IMG/VR virus record: IMGVR_UViG_3300033489_000034 | Location: 1-36,346 of that record | DNA: 36,346 bases | From: a virus | Lineage: Duplodnaviria > Caudoviricetes | Strand: one strand, 5' to 3' | Part shown: in pieces, positions 18,373-26,925 of the stretch | Layout: the number at the start of each line of letters is the position of its first letter | Position numbering within the stretch: position 1 is the stretch's first letter | Program-made: the position numbers and the translations under genes | Notes under the pieces: generated by a model | The model's input: the letters and a program-made list of their open reading frames with translations, nothing else | Told to the model about the DNA's origin: nothing | Databases searched by the model: none

Positions 18373-18459
18373 GCCTCGTCGCTCCTGGCGGGTTGGCTGT
18401 GACCGGGCACGCACCTGGCGTGACCGGTCCTGGGGGGGAAGGTGATCTGTGGTGCAGCC

Positions 18460-20046
18460 CTACCGGCGTCGTGCGGCCGGAAGGGCGTTCGCTTCCGGCC
18501 CGTCGGCCGGAACATCAGTGGGTGCATCCATGGGGGACGTGTCGTCGTGGACGAGAGCGACCGGGTCAGGGACGCTGCGGCCCTGCTCCCGCATGATCGC
18601 CTCGACCTCTTCGGCCACAGCCTCATCCGCCCATTCGGGGTTGAGGCGTTTCACCCGCGTCTTGATCGACGCGGCTTCGGCCTGGGCGAGGGTCGCCAGC
18701 GTCTGCGCGGTCTGAGCGTCCGACTCGGCGACCGTGTCACCGAACACGATCTCGGGCCGTTCAGGTGTCACCTTCGACCCGAACGCGGCAGCATCAACCT
18801 CAAGGAGCGTGTGCACTGAGGCCCGCAACGCGGACCCCCAGTGCAGGGTCTGCATGCCCCTCGTCAGGTAGGACTGTGCGGAGCGCTGCTGGATCTCCGT
18901 CGCCGTCGCCGCAGCCTGATCTGTCTGGCCGCGCCCGAAACTGTTGATCGAAAACCCGCAGGAACGGATGATCTCCTCGGTGAGGGCGCGGCACCCCGCA
19001 AGATGCTCCTCCACCCGGATCAACGGCTGAATCAGCTCCACCGGTTTCGTGCCCTGCTGGTTCGGGTTGATCCTCAGCGGCATCAGCAGTTCCCGGTCAT
19101 CGAACACGGCGCCCTGACCGGGGCCCTGACTCTTCACCGCGTCCTCAGTGATGACCGCGCGGGCCTTAGCCAGCCGGTACTCGCGGGCCAGACTCGACCA
19201 CACCTCATCCAACTGGTCCATCAACCCCAACACTGCCGGGGAGAACAGGGACCGGCCGAGAGGCGACCCCCTGTCGAGGCGGTTCGGTCGCAGGTTCGGG
19301 ACATGCTGGATGAGGAGCCGGTCAACACCGGTCACCACCTGCTCCGGGAACTGCTCAGTGTCCTCGTGTTCCCGGAGGTCGACGAGGTCCCCGAGAGTGC
19401 TGACGCCACCCACATACAGGCCGTGGAGGACGACGCCTTTCTCGTGGCGTTCGAGGTGCCGCCAGATCTTCCCGTGGTCGTCCTTGACGACCGTCCAGAT
19501 CGTTGCCGCAGCGAGCATGCCCGCCCGGAACTCTGGGACCACGGCGTCGCCGTGGACGACGCGGATCCACGGCTCATCCCGGATGGACGTGTCCCACGTA
19601 ACGCACGGATACACGTCACCCAACGCGCCAGCGACATCGGCGCCCTCAAGGAGCGTCGAATGCAGCCCCGTCAAGTCCGTGAGAACGTCGAGCCGATCCT
19701 GTGTCTGCGCGTTCCCGACCGTCAACTTCGGAGGCTCAGCGAACAGCATGTTCGCGGACATCCCCGTAATGTCCGACGCCAACGGCAGATGCAGTTTCGC
19801 CCGCAGCTCACCGTCAGGGGCGGGCTGACCCCAAAACCAGCGGGCCATCCTCCCGACCACCCCGCCACGGAACTGGCTCACCCGGTACCGGGTGTCGCCG
19901 CGAACCCAGCCCTGTCCGCCGTCATAGAGGCTGGATAGCTGCTCTGGGTCACCCGCCCACCATGTCGCGTTCGTCGCGTACTGGTCGTAAGCGGGCTGCC
20001 ACTTTTCGGGCGGCCACACAGTCTTCCCGGGGGGAGGCAACGACAC
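18460..20046 (-). CDS. Portal protein (SPP1/A118-like)
   Basis: 528 aa after TerL; KLHLPLASDI..LFAEPP, LERHEKG, TATEI motifs; GGAGG RBS. Confidence 0.92.
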   Translation of the reverse strand: MSLPPPGKTVWPPEKWQPAYDQYATNATWWAGDPEQLSSLYDGGQGWVRGDTRYRVSQFRGGVVGRMARWFWGQPAPDGELRAKLHLPLASDITGMSANMLFAEPPKLTVGNAQTQDRLDVLTDLTGLHSTLLEGADVAGALGDVYPCVTWDTSIRDEPWIRVVHGDAVVPEFRAGMLAAATIWTVVKDDHGKIWRHLERHEKGVVLHGLYVGGVSTLGDLVDLREHEDTEQFPEQVVTGVDRLLIQHVPNLRPNRLDRGSPLGRSLFSPAVLGLMDQLDEVWSSLAREYRLAKARAVITEDAVKSQGPGQGAVFDDRELLMPLRINPNQQGTKPVELIQPLIRVEEHLAGCRALTEEIIRSCGFSINSFGRGQTDQAAATATEIQQRSAQSYLTRGMQTLHWGSALRASVHTLLEVDAAAFGSKVTPERPEIVFGDTVAESDAQTAQTLATLAQAEAASIKTRVKRLNPEWADEAVAEEVEAIMREQGRSVPDPVALVHDDTSPMDAPTDVPADGPEANALPAARRR

Positions 20047-20059
20047 GTGGTGCCTCCTC

Positions 20060-21325
20060 TCAGGCGGCCTGCGGCTTGGGTTGCAGGAGTTCGCGGCGCC
20101 ACGTCCACTCAGTGGTCTGCGCCAGATACCTCAGTGCGTCCGGACCATGGTCGTTCGCCTTGACTGGACGGTCCTCGCCCTTAAGGGCGGCCTTGTCGTC
20201 CCATGCATACCCGGCCATCTCGCCGATGAGGCCCTCGCATGAGGCGTTGATCCTCAATTGGTCTCTACCCAGCAGGGTAGAGACCAGCCGGATGCCGTCC
20301 ATGACGCTGTTATCCGCCGGGGTCGGCGAGTATCCGTCCCGCCACAGTTGCTGGATGAACGAAGCCGCCGACGGGTCCACAACCCACTTCTCCGGGGTGG
20401 CGCCCGGATGTTCAGCCCCCGGGCGGACGTACCCGCCGATCCACTCGGTGACCGCCCGTGAATACTCGGCGTCCGTCTTCTGTCGGTGTTCGCGGCGTGA
20501 GTCCCAGCGGTACTCGGATGTGATGTGGAGTCGCCCGTCTACCCCGATGCCGGCCAGGAGACCGACGAATGGGTTCACGGTGCCGTAGTCGATCCCGACT
20601 GCTGGCCAGCGGGTCACAAGCGGTGATTCGGCTACCACGTGGACCTGCTGGTCGAACATGTCGTAGATCGCGTTCTCGGCGGCGCACCACTCGCCGAGGA
20701 TGAAGCGGCGGAAGAACAGTCCGACGAACTCGGCCTTGATTGCGGTCTTGTACTCGTCGGAGAGTGACGGGTTGTCGTCGATCGTGAAGTGCCAGTGCCT
20801 GGCGTCCAGCACGCCGACCCTGTCGATGAAGTCTGTCTTCAGCCAGTGGGCGGGTGGCCCCGGGTTTGTGGAGCAGAAGAGCTTGCTTCCAGGTACGGAC
20901 ATTCTACCCAAGAGTTGGGTAAAGAACTCCTTCGGGACTAATGTGGCCTCATCGACCAGGGCGCCCGCGCAGGTCATCCCCCGCAGGCGCTCCTCGCTGC
21001 GCACATCATTCGCGCCGATGACGCGGACGTGACGGCCAAGAATCGTCGCAGACGGGGCACCACGCGTGTAATGCACGTGCTTCGCCAGCGGCCCGAACAT
21101 CGCCGGATCCTGGAGTGGAAGGAAGATATTGGACGCCGCAGTGTTCGTGGTCTTGGCCACAACCACAAGCTCCCCCGACGGGGGCGCATCAGCGACGTAC
21201 ATGAGCCAGCGGACCAGCGTGGACACGCTCTTGCCTGCACGGATGGACCCACTGGTGATGTTGATGCGGGCATCGCTGTTCGCGATGAAGTCGACCTGCT
21301 TCGGGCTAAGCGGAAGATCGATCAC
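20060..21325 (-). CDS. terL: Terminase large subunit
   Basis: Walker A GSIRAGKS, Walker B LVDEA, STN coupling motif, nuclease GIDYG and NDHGPDA; likely GTG start at 21325. Confidence 0.95.
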   Translation of the reverse strand: MIDLPLSPKQVDFIANSDARINITSGSIRAGKSVSTLVRWLMYVADAPPSGELVVVAKTTNTAASNIFLPLQDPAMFGPLAKHVHYTRGAPSATILGRHVRVIGANDVRSEERLRGMTCAGALVDEATLVPKEFFTQLLGRMSVPGSKLFCSTNPGPPAHWLKTDFIDRVGVLDARHWHFTIDDNPSLSDEYKTAIKAEFVGLFFRRFILGEWCAAENAIYDMFDQQVHVVAESPLVTRWPAVGIDYGTVNPFVGLLAGIGVDGRLHITSEYRWDSRREHRQKTDAEYSRAVTEWIGGYVRPGAEHPGATPEKWVVDPSAASFIQQLWRDGYSPTPADNSVMDGIRLVSTLLGRDQLRINASCEGLIGEMAGYAWDDKAALKGEDRPVKANDHGPDALRYLAQTTEWTWRRELLQPKPQAA

Positions 21326-21893
21326 GGGACGGCTTCCGCTTTCCCAGGTACCACCTGCGCTGGTAGTCCTGCTGACATGGGATACACGACCTACGCCCAT
21401 CGCTGTACGTGTACGTGCTCTCGGGCGTGAACTCGTGACCACGCTTGCAGAACGTCTTGCGCGCGTTCTCAGCCGACGGGCCATCCCCGCGCATCGTGTT
21501 CTCGAATACAGTCACAGGCTCCAAGTGGGCTGGCGCGTTCATGCAGTCCCGGCGGGTACATCCGTTTGCCTTGACGTGGTCGAGGGGTAGTCCGTCGGGA
21601 ATCGGGCCAACCATCAGTTCGTAGGCGTACCGATGCGCCCGGACGTTGACATGATTCACAGTGAACACTCCGTAGCCGTCCGGGTCGAGGTAGCCCAGGA
21701 ACGGCCAGCACTCATCGGGTCCGCGCCGGTCAACCTTGGACCAGAACCGTTCAGCGTCGGACGCGAAGGCCGGTCGGCCACCGCTCGGGTCTCCGTACTT
21801 CATGTACCGCCGGTAGTGCGATTCGCACATCCCTCGGCGGGGAGTCTTCGGGATCACAGTGCAGCCAGGCGCGCGGCAAGTACCATCGTTCAC
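21306..21893 (-). CDS. HNH homing endonuclease
   Basis: N-terminal C..C..GMCESHY, RFWSKV..CWPF, RAHRYAYE, LDH..C..C.N..HLEPVT..EN, C-terminal CKRGH..C..C. Confidence 0.9.
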   Translation of the reverse strand: MNDGTCRAPGCTVIPKTPRRGMCESHYRRYMKYGDPSGGRPAFASDAERFWSKVDRRGPDECWPFLGYLDPDGYGVFTVNHVNVRAHRYAYELMVGPIPDGLPLDHVKANGCTRRDCMNAPAHLEPVTVFENTMRGDGPSAENARKTFCKRGHEFTPESTYTYSDGRRSCIPCQQDYQRRWYLGKRKPSRDRSSA

Positions 21894-21896
21894 AGG

Positions 21897-21978
21897 TCCG
21901 GGTCTCCTCCGGATCTAGGCCCCGGACCACAGGTGCTAGAACACCTGCCGGGGCCGCTCAACTGTCACCGTCAGTATA
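21897..21978 (-). promoter_or_regulatory. HNH promoter and structured leader
   Basis: -10 TATACT (21978-21973), hairpin 21918-21955, and RBS GGAGGA inside the TCCGG/CCGGA hairpin 21897-21913. Confidence 0.55.
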
Positions 21979-21995
21979 CCGGAGCGCACCGACAG

Positions 21996-22529
21996 TTACC
22001 CGGGCGCAGGCGCCTCCGACTGCACGGGATCACCGACCTTGGACGCCTGATAGACGGCCCGGAGCCCGGCCGCGAGGTCACCCAGCATCGACTTCGCGCC
22101 CTCAGCACCCGCACCCGCATCAACCTTCTCCAGGTCACCAGCGGTCTTCGCGTACTGGCCCATCGCCCGCGACAGCGACAACTCATCCTGCGGAGGGACG
22201 AACGAGAACGCCGCCGCGACCGGACCCTCCTGCGAGTTCCCCACAGTCGAGAACGTGTCCGCGTCCAGGCGCTCAGCCAGACGCAGGCACCGCCGGTACT
22301 GCCACGCGATGATCGCCGCCCGCGCAGCCTTCGCGTCCAAAGTGTGAGCCTCAGTCGCCGCAGCCGTCTGCGACCGGTCGAACACGAGACCGAGCTCCCC
22401 CGCGTGACGGGACACCGTCGACGGCGCCCGGTCGATCGCCTCAGCGACCTGCCGGACACTCTTGCCCTCACCGTGCAGGCGCGTGATCTCCGTCTTCTCC
22501 TCGTCGGACAGGGGGATGTTCGCGGCCAC
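21996..22529 (-). CDS. terS: Terminase small subunit
   Basis: N-terminal HTH (GKSVRQVAEAIDRAPSTVSR), GAKSMLGDL C-terminus, upstream of TerL. Confidence 0.8.
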   Translation of the reverse strand: MAANIPLSDEEKTEITRLHGEGKSVRQVAEAIDRAPSTVSRHAGELGLVFDRSQTAAATEAHTLDAKAARAAIIAWQYRRCLRLAERLDADTFSTVGNSQEGPVAAAFSFVPPQDELSLSRAMGQYAKTAGDLEKVDAGAGAEGAKSMLGDLAAGLRAVYQASKVGDPVQSEAPAPG

Positions 22530-22530
22530 G

Positions 22531-22716
22531 TCAGCCTCGCGCGTCTGCGGCGGGAGGGAACGTTGCCGCGGCGGTCTGGTGGGTTGCGCCGTAGAGCCAC
22601 TGGGCGAGGGTGATGACGTCTTGGCCTGACGGTTGGGTGACGCCGGCTTTCGCGAGCATGTCGCTGGCGTCGAAGAATGCCTCGCGGATGGCGAGTGTGC
22701 GTTCCTGGTTGGTCAT
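22531..22716 (-). CDS. Small hypothetical protein (61 aa)
   Basis: ATG 22716 with GGAG RBS; DVITLAQWL helix; abuts terS. Confidence 0.65.
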   Translation of the reverse strand: MTNQERTLAIREAFFDASDMLAKAGVTQPSGQDVITLAQWLYGATHQTAAATFPPAADARG

Positions 22717-22942
22717 GGTGTGCTCCCGTTCTGCTGGCGGGCCGCTCCTGGCGGTGCCTGCTGCCCGGCGCCTGGCCGGGTCGGTCACGGTGGTGTGTCC
22801 GTGCGTGGGTGAGGCCATCGCGGCTTGGTTCTGCCTGCAATGGCCTCTGGTTGTCTGTTTCGGATCGGTTGGTGATGGTTCGGCGATTCTCCCGCCGGTG
22901 GGGCGGGGCACATCTACGCGCCGGTAACATCCGGAGAGGGTG

Positions 22943-23572
22943 TCAGCCGAGGGTCCAGACGGTCGCGGATGCGGCGAGCCGCTGCCACTCAGCAGCCGTG
23001 AGCCACATGCCGCCGTCACGGCCCCACGCCCGGCCCCACTGGTTCAGGAGCAGGACCCGGCGCGCCTTGGGGTCGTAGCCGGTCAGCACGACCGCGTGGT
23101 CATAACCGGCCAGCGCGCCGCGGGCCAGCCAGTGACCATCCCGGGCTGTGTCATCCATGCCAGCCAGGTAGCGGACTGAGACGACCAGGGGGCCGCGGTA
23201 GACCTCGGTGAGTGCCTGCGATGTTGGGATGGTCCGGTAGATGGCGCGGACACCGTGCTTGGCGAGGACAGTCTTGAGGATGTCGTCGGAGGTGCGGGTA
23301 GCGGACGGGGCTTGGGGTGCGAACTCCCGCCACATGCGGTCCGCCTGCGCTTGGGTGATGCGGGCGCCCGGGGCGTTGAGCTGTTGGAGTGCGGCGTAGA
23401 AGCCGCAGCCGGGACGGTCGCCCTGGTCGAGACGCGGGGCCGGGTACCGCCACGACGCGGCCGCCGGTGCCCGTGTGAGCGCCTGTTGTGCGTCCCCAGC
23501 GGGGAGGCCGCATCCGGTGAGCGCCATGACGGCGGCGGCAGTGAGGGTGGCGAGGGTCCGGCTGACGTTCAT
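22943..23572 (-). CDS. Papain-like (C1A-type) cysteine peptidase, predicted lipoprotein
   Basis: Signal peptide with lipobox ALTGC; DQG..PGC, HAVVLTGYD and NQWG..WG.DG catalytic motifs. Confidence 0.8.
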   Translation of the reverse strand: MNVSRTLATLTAAAVMALTGCGLPAGDAQQALTRAPAAASWRYPAPRLDQGDRPGCGFYAALQQLNAPGARITQAQADRMWREFAPQAPSATRTSDDILKTVLAKHGVRAIYRTIPTSQALTEVYRGPLVVSVRYLAGMDDTARDGHWLARGALAGYDHAVVLTGYDPKARRVLLLNQWGRAWGRDGGMWLTAAEWQRLAASATVWTLG

Positions 23573-23620
23573 GTTGGGTGTATCGGCAAGGTCGGGGGTG
23601 GGCTTGATCGGCCGGACGGG

Positions 23621-23776
23621 TCAGCGGCCTGGCTTGCCCTTGCCGGTCTTGCGCATCGGCATGTCGGCGGGGGGCATCTTCCCGGCGGCCCCGGACGGCT
23701 TGGCCTTGGCGAAGGGGTTGGCCTGCTTCCCGCCGAACGGTGGGGCGGCCTTCTTCGCGGGCTTCTTGCCGGCCAT
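23621..23776 (-). CDS. Small Lys/Pro-rich basic protein (51 aa, not in the ORF track)
   Basis: GGAGG RBS; MAGKKPAKKAAPPFGGKQANPFAKAKPSGAAGKMPPADMPMRKTGKGKPGR*. Confidence 0.75.
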   Translation of the reverse strand: MAGKKPAKKAAPPFGGKQANPFAKAKPSGAAGKMPPADMPMRKTGKGKPGR

Positions 23777-23796
23777 CGTGCCCTCCGGGCGTGAGA

Positions 23797-23945
23797 CAGG
23801 CGGCCCACGAGGGACCGCCTGGGGCTTGAATGCCGCGAGCCTCAGGCCCCGCTACCGAGCGGGAACTCCTGAGACTCACTTCCGGCCTGCACCGCGGTGG
23901 GACCGGCTCCGATTCTGGGCAGCGTCTGCCATTGGCATCCGCTGC
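23797..23945 (-). ncRNA. Four-hairpin structured 5' leader or ncRNA
   Basis: Hairpins at 23919-23945, 23882-23906, 23837-23877 and 23797-23821; wobble pairs favour the minus-strand RNA. Confidence 0.5.
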
Positions 23946-23949
23946 GCGT

Positions 23950-23980
23950 ATCGTATCATCCCCACGTTGATCTGCTGCAA
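23950..23980 (-). promoter_or_regulatory. Putative late-operon promoter
   Basis: Extended -10 TGaTACGAT; TTGCAG 19 nt upstream. Confidence 0.45.
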
Positions 23981-23995
23981 CACCCGTCATGCGTG

Positions 23996-24595
23996 TCACA
24001 CGGACGGGCTAAGTCTGCTTGCGGTGTCTCCCTGGTCGAGACGTGCGCCGTGCCTGGACGGCGTCGGCGTGCCAGCGGGGCGCCCCGTCCGGCGGGACAG
24101 TCGCAGTCCCCGAGTGATCATCTCCTGGGGGACGCCCACGAGAGTGTCCGGCGTCCGGACAGCCTCCAATCGGCCGACGGACGCAGCCCCGGCGGCGGCC
24201 AGTCGCGCGGACAGGTCAGCCGCAGCTAGCGACGCGTGCAGCGGGAGTCCATGCCGGAGCCGGTAGTCGCGGACTCCACCGTGAGCCATGCCGATATGCA
24301 CGCCCAGCGCGATGAAGGATCTGCCGCAGTCGTGGCAGGTCAGCCTCCCTCCGTCGGATTCGTCGATGTCGAGGATGCCCCACCGGCCGTGGTCGGACGG
24401 CGAGCCGATAGCTGGCTCGTCCAGGTCGATCGTGCCGCCGCGGGCGACCCCCCGGTAGTGGCGTCGACACATGCCCCGGGAGAAGACCTGGTCAGTGCAT
24501 GACGCGGGCCCTCTCTCCTGCCCGCAGATCCGCCCGGCAGCGGGCATCCGGGCAGGCTCCCCAGGCCGGGTGACACCCCGCTCACGGCTGGGCAT
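23996..24595 (-). CDS. MucR/Ros-like zinc-finger protein
   Basis: LTCHDCGRSFIALGVHIGMAHGGVRDYRLRHGLP fits the ROS_MUCR pattern; TAATG-coupled start. Confidence 0.75.
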   Translation of the reverse strand: MPSRERGVTRPGEPARMPAAGRICGQERGPASCTDQVFSRGMCRRHYRGVARGGTIDLDEPAIGSPSDHGRWGILDIDESDGGRLTCHDCGRSFIALGVHIGMAHGGVRDYRLRHGLPLHASLAAADLSARLAAAGAASVGRLEAVRTPDTLVGVPQEMITRGLRLSRRTGRPAGTPTPSRHGARLDQGDTASRLSPSV

Positions 24596-24978
24596 TAGCG
24601 CTTCCCGAGCCACCCGCGGATTGTCATCCGGTCCACACCTAGCAGGGCGGCCAGCTGCGTCTCCGGGACCCCAGCTCCACCGTCGTTGGCCTGCGGGACA
24701 ATGGCTACAGCCTGCTGCGTGAGGTCGGCCACCGTCGCCCGGGCGACCCGCAGAGCGTCCCCGATGCGCCGGGCCTCGACGGTGATGTCGGTGTACTGCT
24801 CCGGGGCGAAGACCTGGACCATGTAGAGCCCGCGGTCCTGGTATCTCGCCTCACGGGCGGCGGCGAGGGCCGCGGTGGTGGCGTAGCAGGCGTCGTGCTC
24901 ATCGGCACGGATGGTCCCGCTGATGTGCCAGCGGGGGCCTCTGGCTGCCCGGTGGGCGATGACGGTGGTGGTCCTCAT
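24595..24978 (-). CDS. Small HTH DNA-binding protein
   Basis: C-terminal PETQLAALLGVDRMTIRGWLGK. Confidence 0.8.
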   Translation of the reverse strand: MRTTTVIAHRAARGPRWHISGTIRADEHDACYATTAALAAAREARYQDRGLYMVQVFAPEQYTDITVEARRIGDALRVARATVADLTQQAVAIVPQANDGGAGVPETQLAALLGVDRMTIRGWLGKR

Positions 24979-24984
24979 GTTCGA

Positions 24985-25347
24985 TCAGTCCTCGTCGTAG
25001 TCGTAGGTGTCGGCCCATGCGGCGGTGTCGCAGTCGCAGTCGTCGGTGCAGGGGGCGGTGTCGCCGCCGACCTTGGCGGCCCACGCGCTGCCCTCGTCGG
25101 TGCGGTGAGCGGTGTGTGCGTGGCGGACGGGGATGATCGCGGTGGCAGCTGCCCAGAGGGCGGTGGCGTGGCCCATCCAGCGGTGGTCGGGGTGCGTCTC
25201 GATGTTGCGGACCTCAAAGGTGTGCGTGTCGACGTACAACTCGGAGATCGTGGCGCCGTCGGCGCCGAGGATCCGCCAGGAGTGGAGCGGCGTGGTCTCT
25301 CCGTGGTAGGGGCGGACCTCGTAGGTGATCGCCGCTGTCGTCGTCAT
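24985..25347 (-). CDS. GNAT-like acetyltransferase-fold protein
   Basis: VRNIETHPDHRWMGHATALW (motif A-like), RTDEGSAW; leaderless start. Confidence 0.65.
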   Translation of the reverse strand: MTTTAAITYEVRPYHGETTPLHSWRILGADGATISELYVDTHTFEVRNIETHPDHRWMGHATALWAAATAIIPVRHAHTAHRTDEGSAWAAKVGGDTAPCTDDCDCDTAAWADTYDYDED

Positions 25348-25384
25348 GTAGAAAACTCTACACTCATACAGTAGATCTGTCTAC
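25347..25384 (-). promoter_or_regulatory. Leaderless promoter covered by two palindromic operators
   Basis: TAGACA-17-TAGAGT-7-ATG; GTAGA-N4-TCTAC at 25348-25361 and 25371-25384. Confidence 0.75.
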
Positions 25385-25390
25385 ACGACG

Positions 25391-26305
25391 CTATGCGGTC
25401 TTGCGGCGGGGGCATCGCTGCCGGACCTTCTCTGCGCGCGCCAGTGCATCGTCCAGCAGGTAGCGGACCGGGCCCGTACTCGCGTGCTGGACGTGGCCTT
25501 TCGCGGCCCACTCTCGCACGCTCGACTCTGGGATACGCCTACCCAGGGACGCGGTGACCCGCTCGATCTCCCGGGATGTCAGCCACATGTCTGCGGCCTG
25601 GTCGAGGAGGTCCCGGCGGCGGTCGTCCTGGTCGACTTCCCGGCGGCACGTGTCGCAGCGGGCGGGACGGGCTCCGACGGCGACCATGTGCCCGGTGCAG
25701 TCGGTGGCCCCGCCCAGGTTGCAGGGGCCGAGGTAGTGGCGGTCCGCTGGCCGGTCGATGGCCTTCTCCGCGCCGTCCACGGCCCGCTGCAGCTCGGCGA
25801 GGAGGGTTGGGGCATCAGGGTGGAGGCGGAGCCGCGCGAACCCGTCCAACAACCACTCGGCGGCGGTGGCGGTCTCTACGGCGAGGGGAAGGGCCATGAC
25901 GCACATCTGCGCCGAGATGAGGTCGTTGGCTGCCTGGACGACGACGGCGTGCAGTCTGGTGGCGCGGTCCCCAGCCTTGGAGGGGAGCATGATCCGGGCT
26001 GCGGCCTTACCGGTGTTGACCTTCTCGGCTTGCGGCGCGAACTTGGCTTGGCGTCCTACGGCTTCGTCGAGGAGGCGGGGCATGGCGCCCTGCTCCCCGG
26101 CTGGGGTGTCCCAGCGGGAGGAGGGCTGGCGGCCCGCACGGTCGGTGATGTGTGTGCCGTTGGCTAGGCGCAGGGTGCTTGGGACGGTGGAGACGAGGCG
26201 GCGGAGGAGGGCGTGCAGGGTCTGTTCGGCGTCGGGGCAGAGGGAGGTGTCCTTGACGGGTGTCCCGCAGTGGGGGCAGGTGGCTGTGGTGGACGTGTGG
26301 GCCAT
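25391..26305 (-). CDS. Zn-ribbon plus C-terminal HTH protein, probable late-gene regulator
   Basis: CPHC, YLGPC..C..CDTC, IPESSVREWAAKG..RY; AGGAGG RBS; sits near the early/late boundary. Confidence 0.7.
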   Translation of the reverse strand: MAHTSTTATCPHCGTPVKDTSLCPDAEQTLHALLRRLVSTVPSTLRLANGTHITDRAGRQPSSRWDTPAGEQGAMPRLLDEAVGRQAKFAPQAEKVNTGKAAARIMLPSKAGDRATRLHAVVVQAANDLISAQMCVMALPLAVETATAAEWLLDGFARLRLHPDAPTLLAELQRAVDGAEKAIDRPADRHYLGPCNLGGATDCTGHMVAVGARPARCDTCRREVDQDDRRRDLLDQAADMWLTSREIERVTASLGRRIPESSVREWAAKGHVQHASTGPVRYLLDDALARAEKVRQRCPRRKTA

Positions 26306-26329
26306 GCGGTCCCTCCTCTGTGCTGGGGG

Positions 26330-26626
26330 TTACCGGTTCCGGTTGCGTCGGCGACGGGCCAGGATGTGGCGGCGGTAGGCGCAGTTGAGGGCTCGTTCCC
26401 GGGCGCCGAGTTGGCGGATGAGGCGGCGGAGGTGACGGCGGGCACGCGGGGTGAGGTTGATGGTGAGAGTCCGAGGCTCCAGCCAGAAGGCGGGGACCGT
26501 GTACGCCGCCTCGGGGGTGATCTCGTCCATGTAGACGGGGGTGAAGTCGGTGACTATGCCGAGCGACTTCCATGCGTCGAGGTCGTCAAGGCTGGTGCAG
26601 ACCGGGGCGGACCACGCCTGGCTCAC
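26330..26626 (-). CDS. Hypothetical protein with Arg-rich C-terminus
   Basis: GTGA-coupled start at 26626. Confidence 0.6.
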   Translation of the reverse strand: MSQAWSAPVCTSLDDLDAWKSLGIVTDFTPVYMDEITPEAAYTVPAFWLEPRTLTINLTPRARRHLRRLIRQLGARERALNCAYRRHILARRRRNRNR

Positions 26627-26925
26627 AGGATGACCACCAATGCGCCGAGAATGGTGGCGATTGTGGCGACCCCAGCCCAGAAGGCGAGCCGGTCCCGGTC
26701 GTCTGAGAACCGGGACACCACGACATAGGCGGCCCGGTCGAACGAAGACACCGACACTCCGGACGCGTGCACCCACATCCGCCAGTAGCCGCGCGCGTGG
26801 ACATCCTGCCCCCACGAACCAACCGGGCCGACATGGATGGGCATCCTGCTGGTCCAGTGGTCGCCGAGCCTGAATGTGCCGATGAGGATGCCCGTGCGCC
26901 GTTCGAATCTGTCCCCGAGGTTCAC
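26623..26925 (-). CDS. Hypothetical membrane protein
   Basis: GTGA-coupled start at 26925; C-terminal TM helix. Confidence 0.6.
   Translation of the reverse strand: MNLGDRFERRTGILIGTFRLGDHWTSRMPIHVGPVGSWGQDVHARGYWRMWVHASGVSVSSFDRAAYVVVSRFSDDRDRLAFWAGVATIATILGALVVIL

Noticed and set aside
17566-18459. Short hairpins before the scaffold and capsid genes
   Set aside because: Short GC-rich stems that are ordinary at these positions.
23421-24043. 14-bp repeat CCCTGGTCGAGACG (RLDQGD) in both the peptidase and MucR genes
   Set aside because: A single short GC-rich match that forms part of the peptidase active-site motif; no evidence of recombination.
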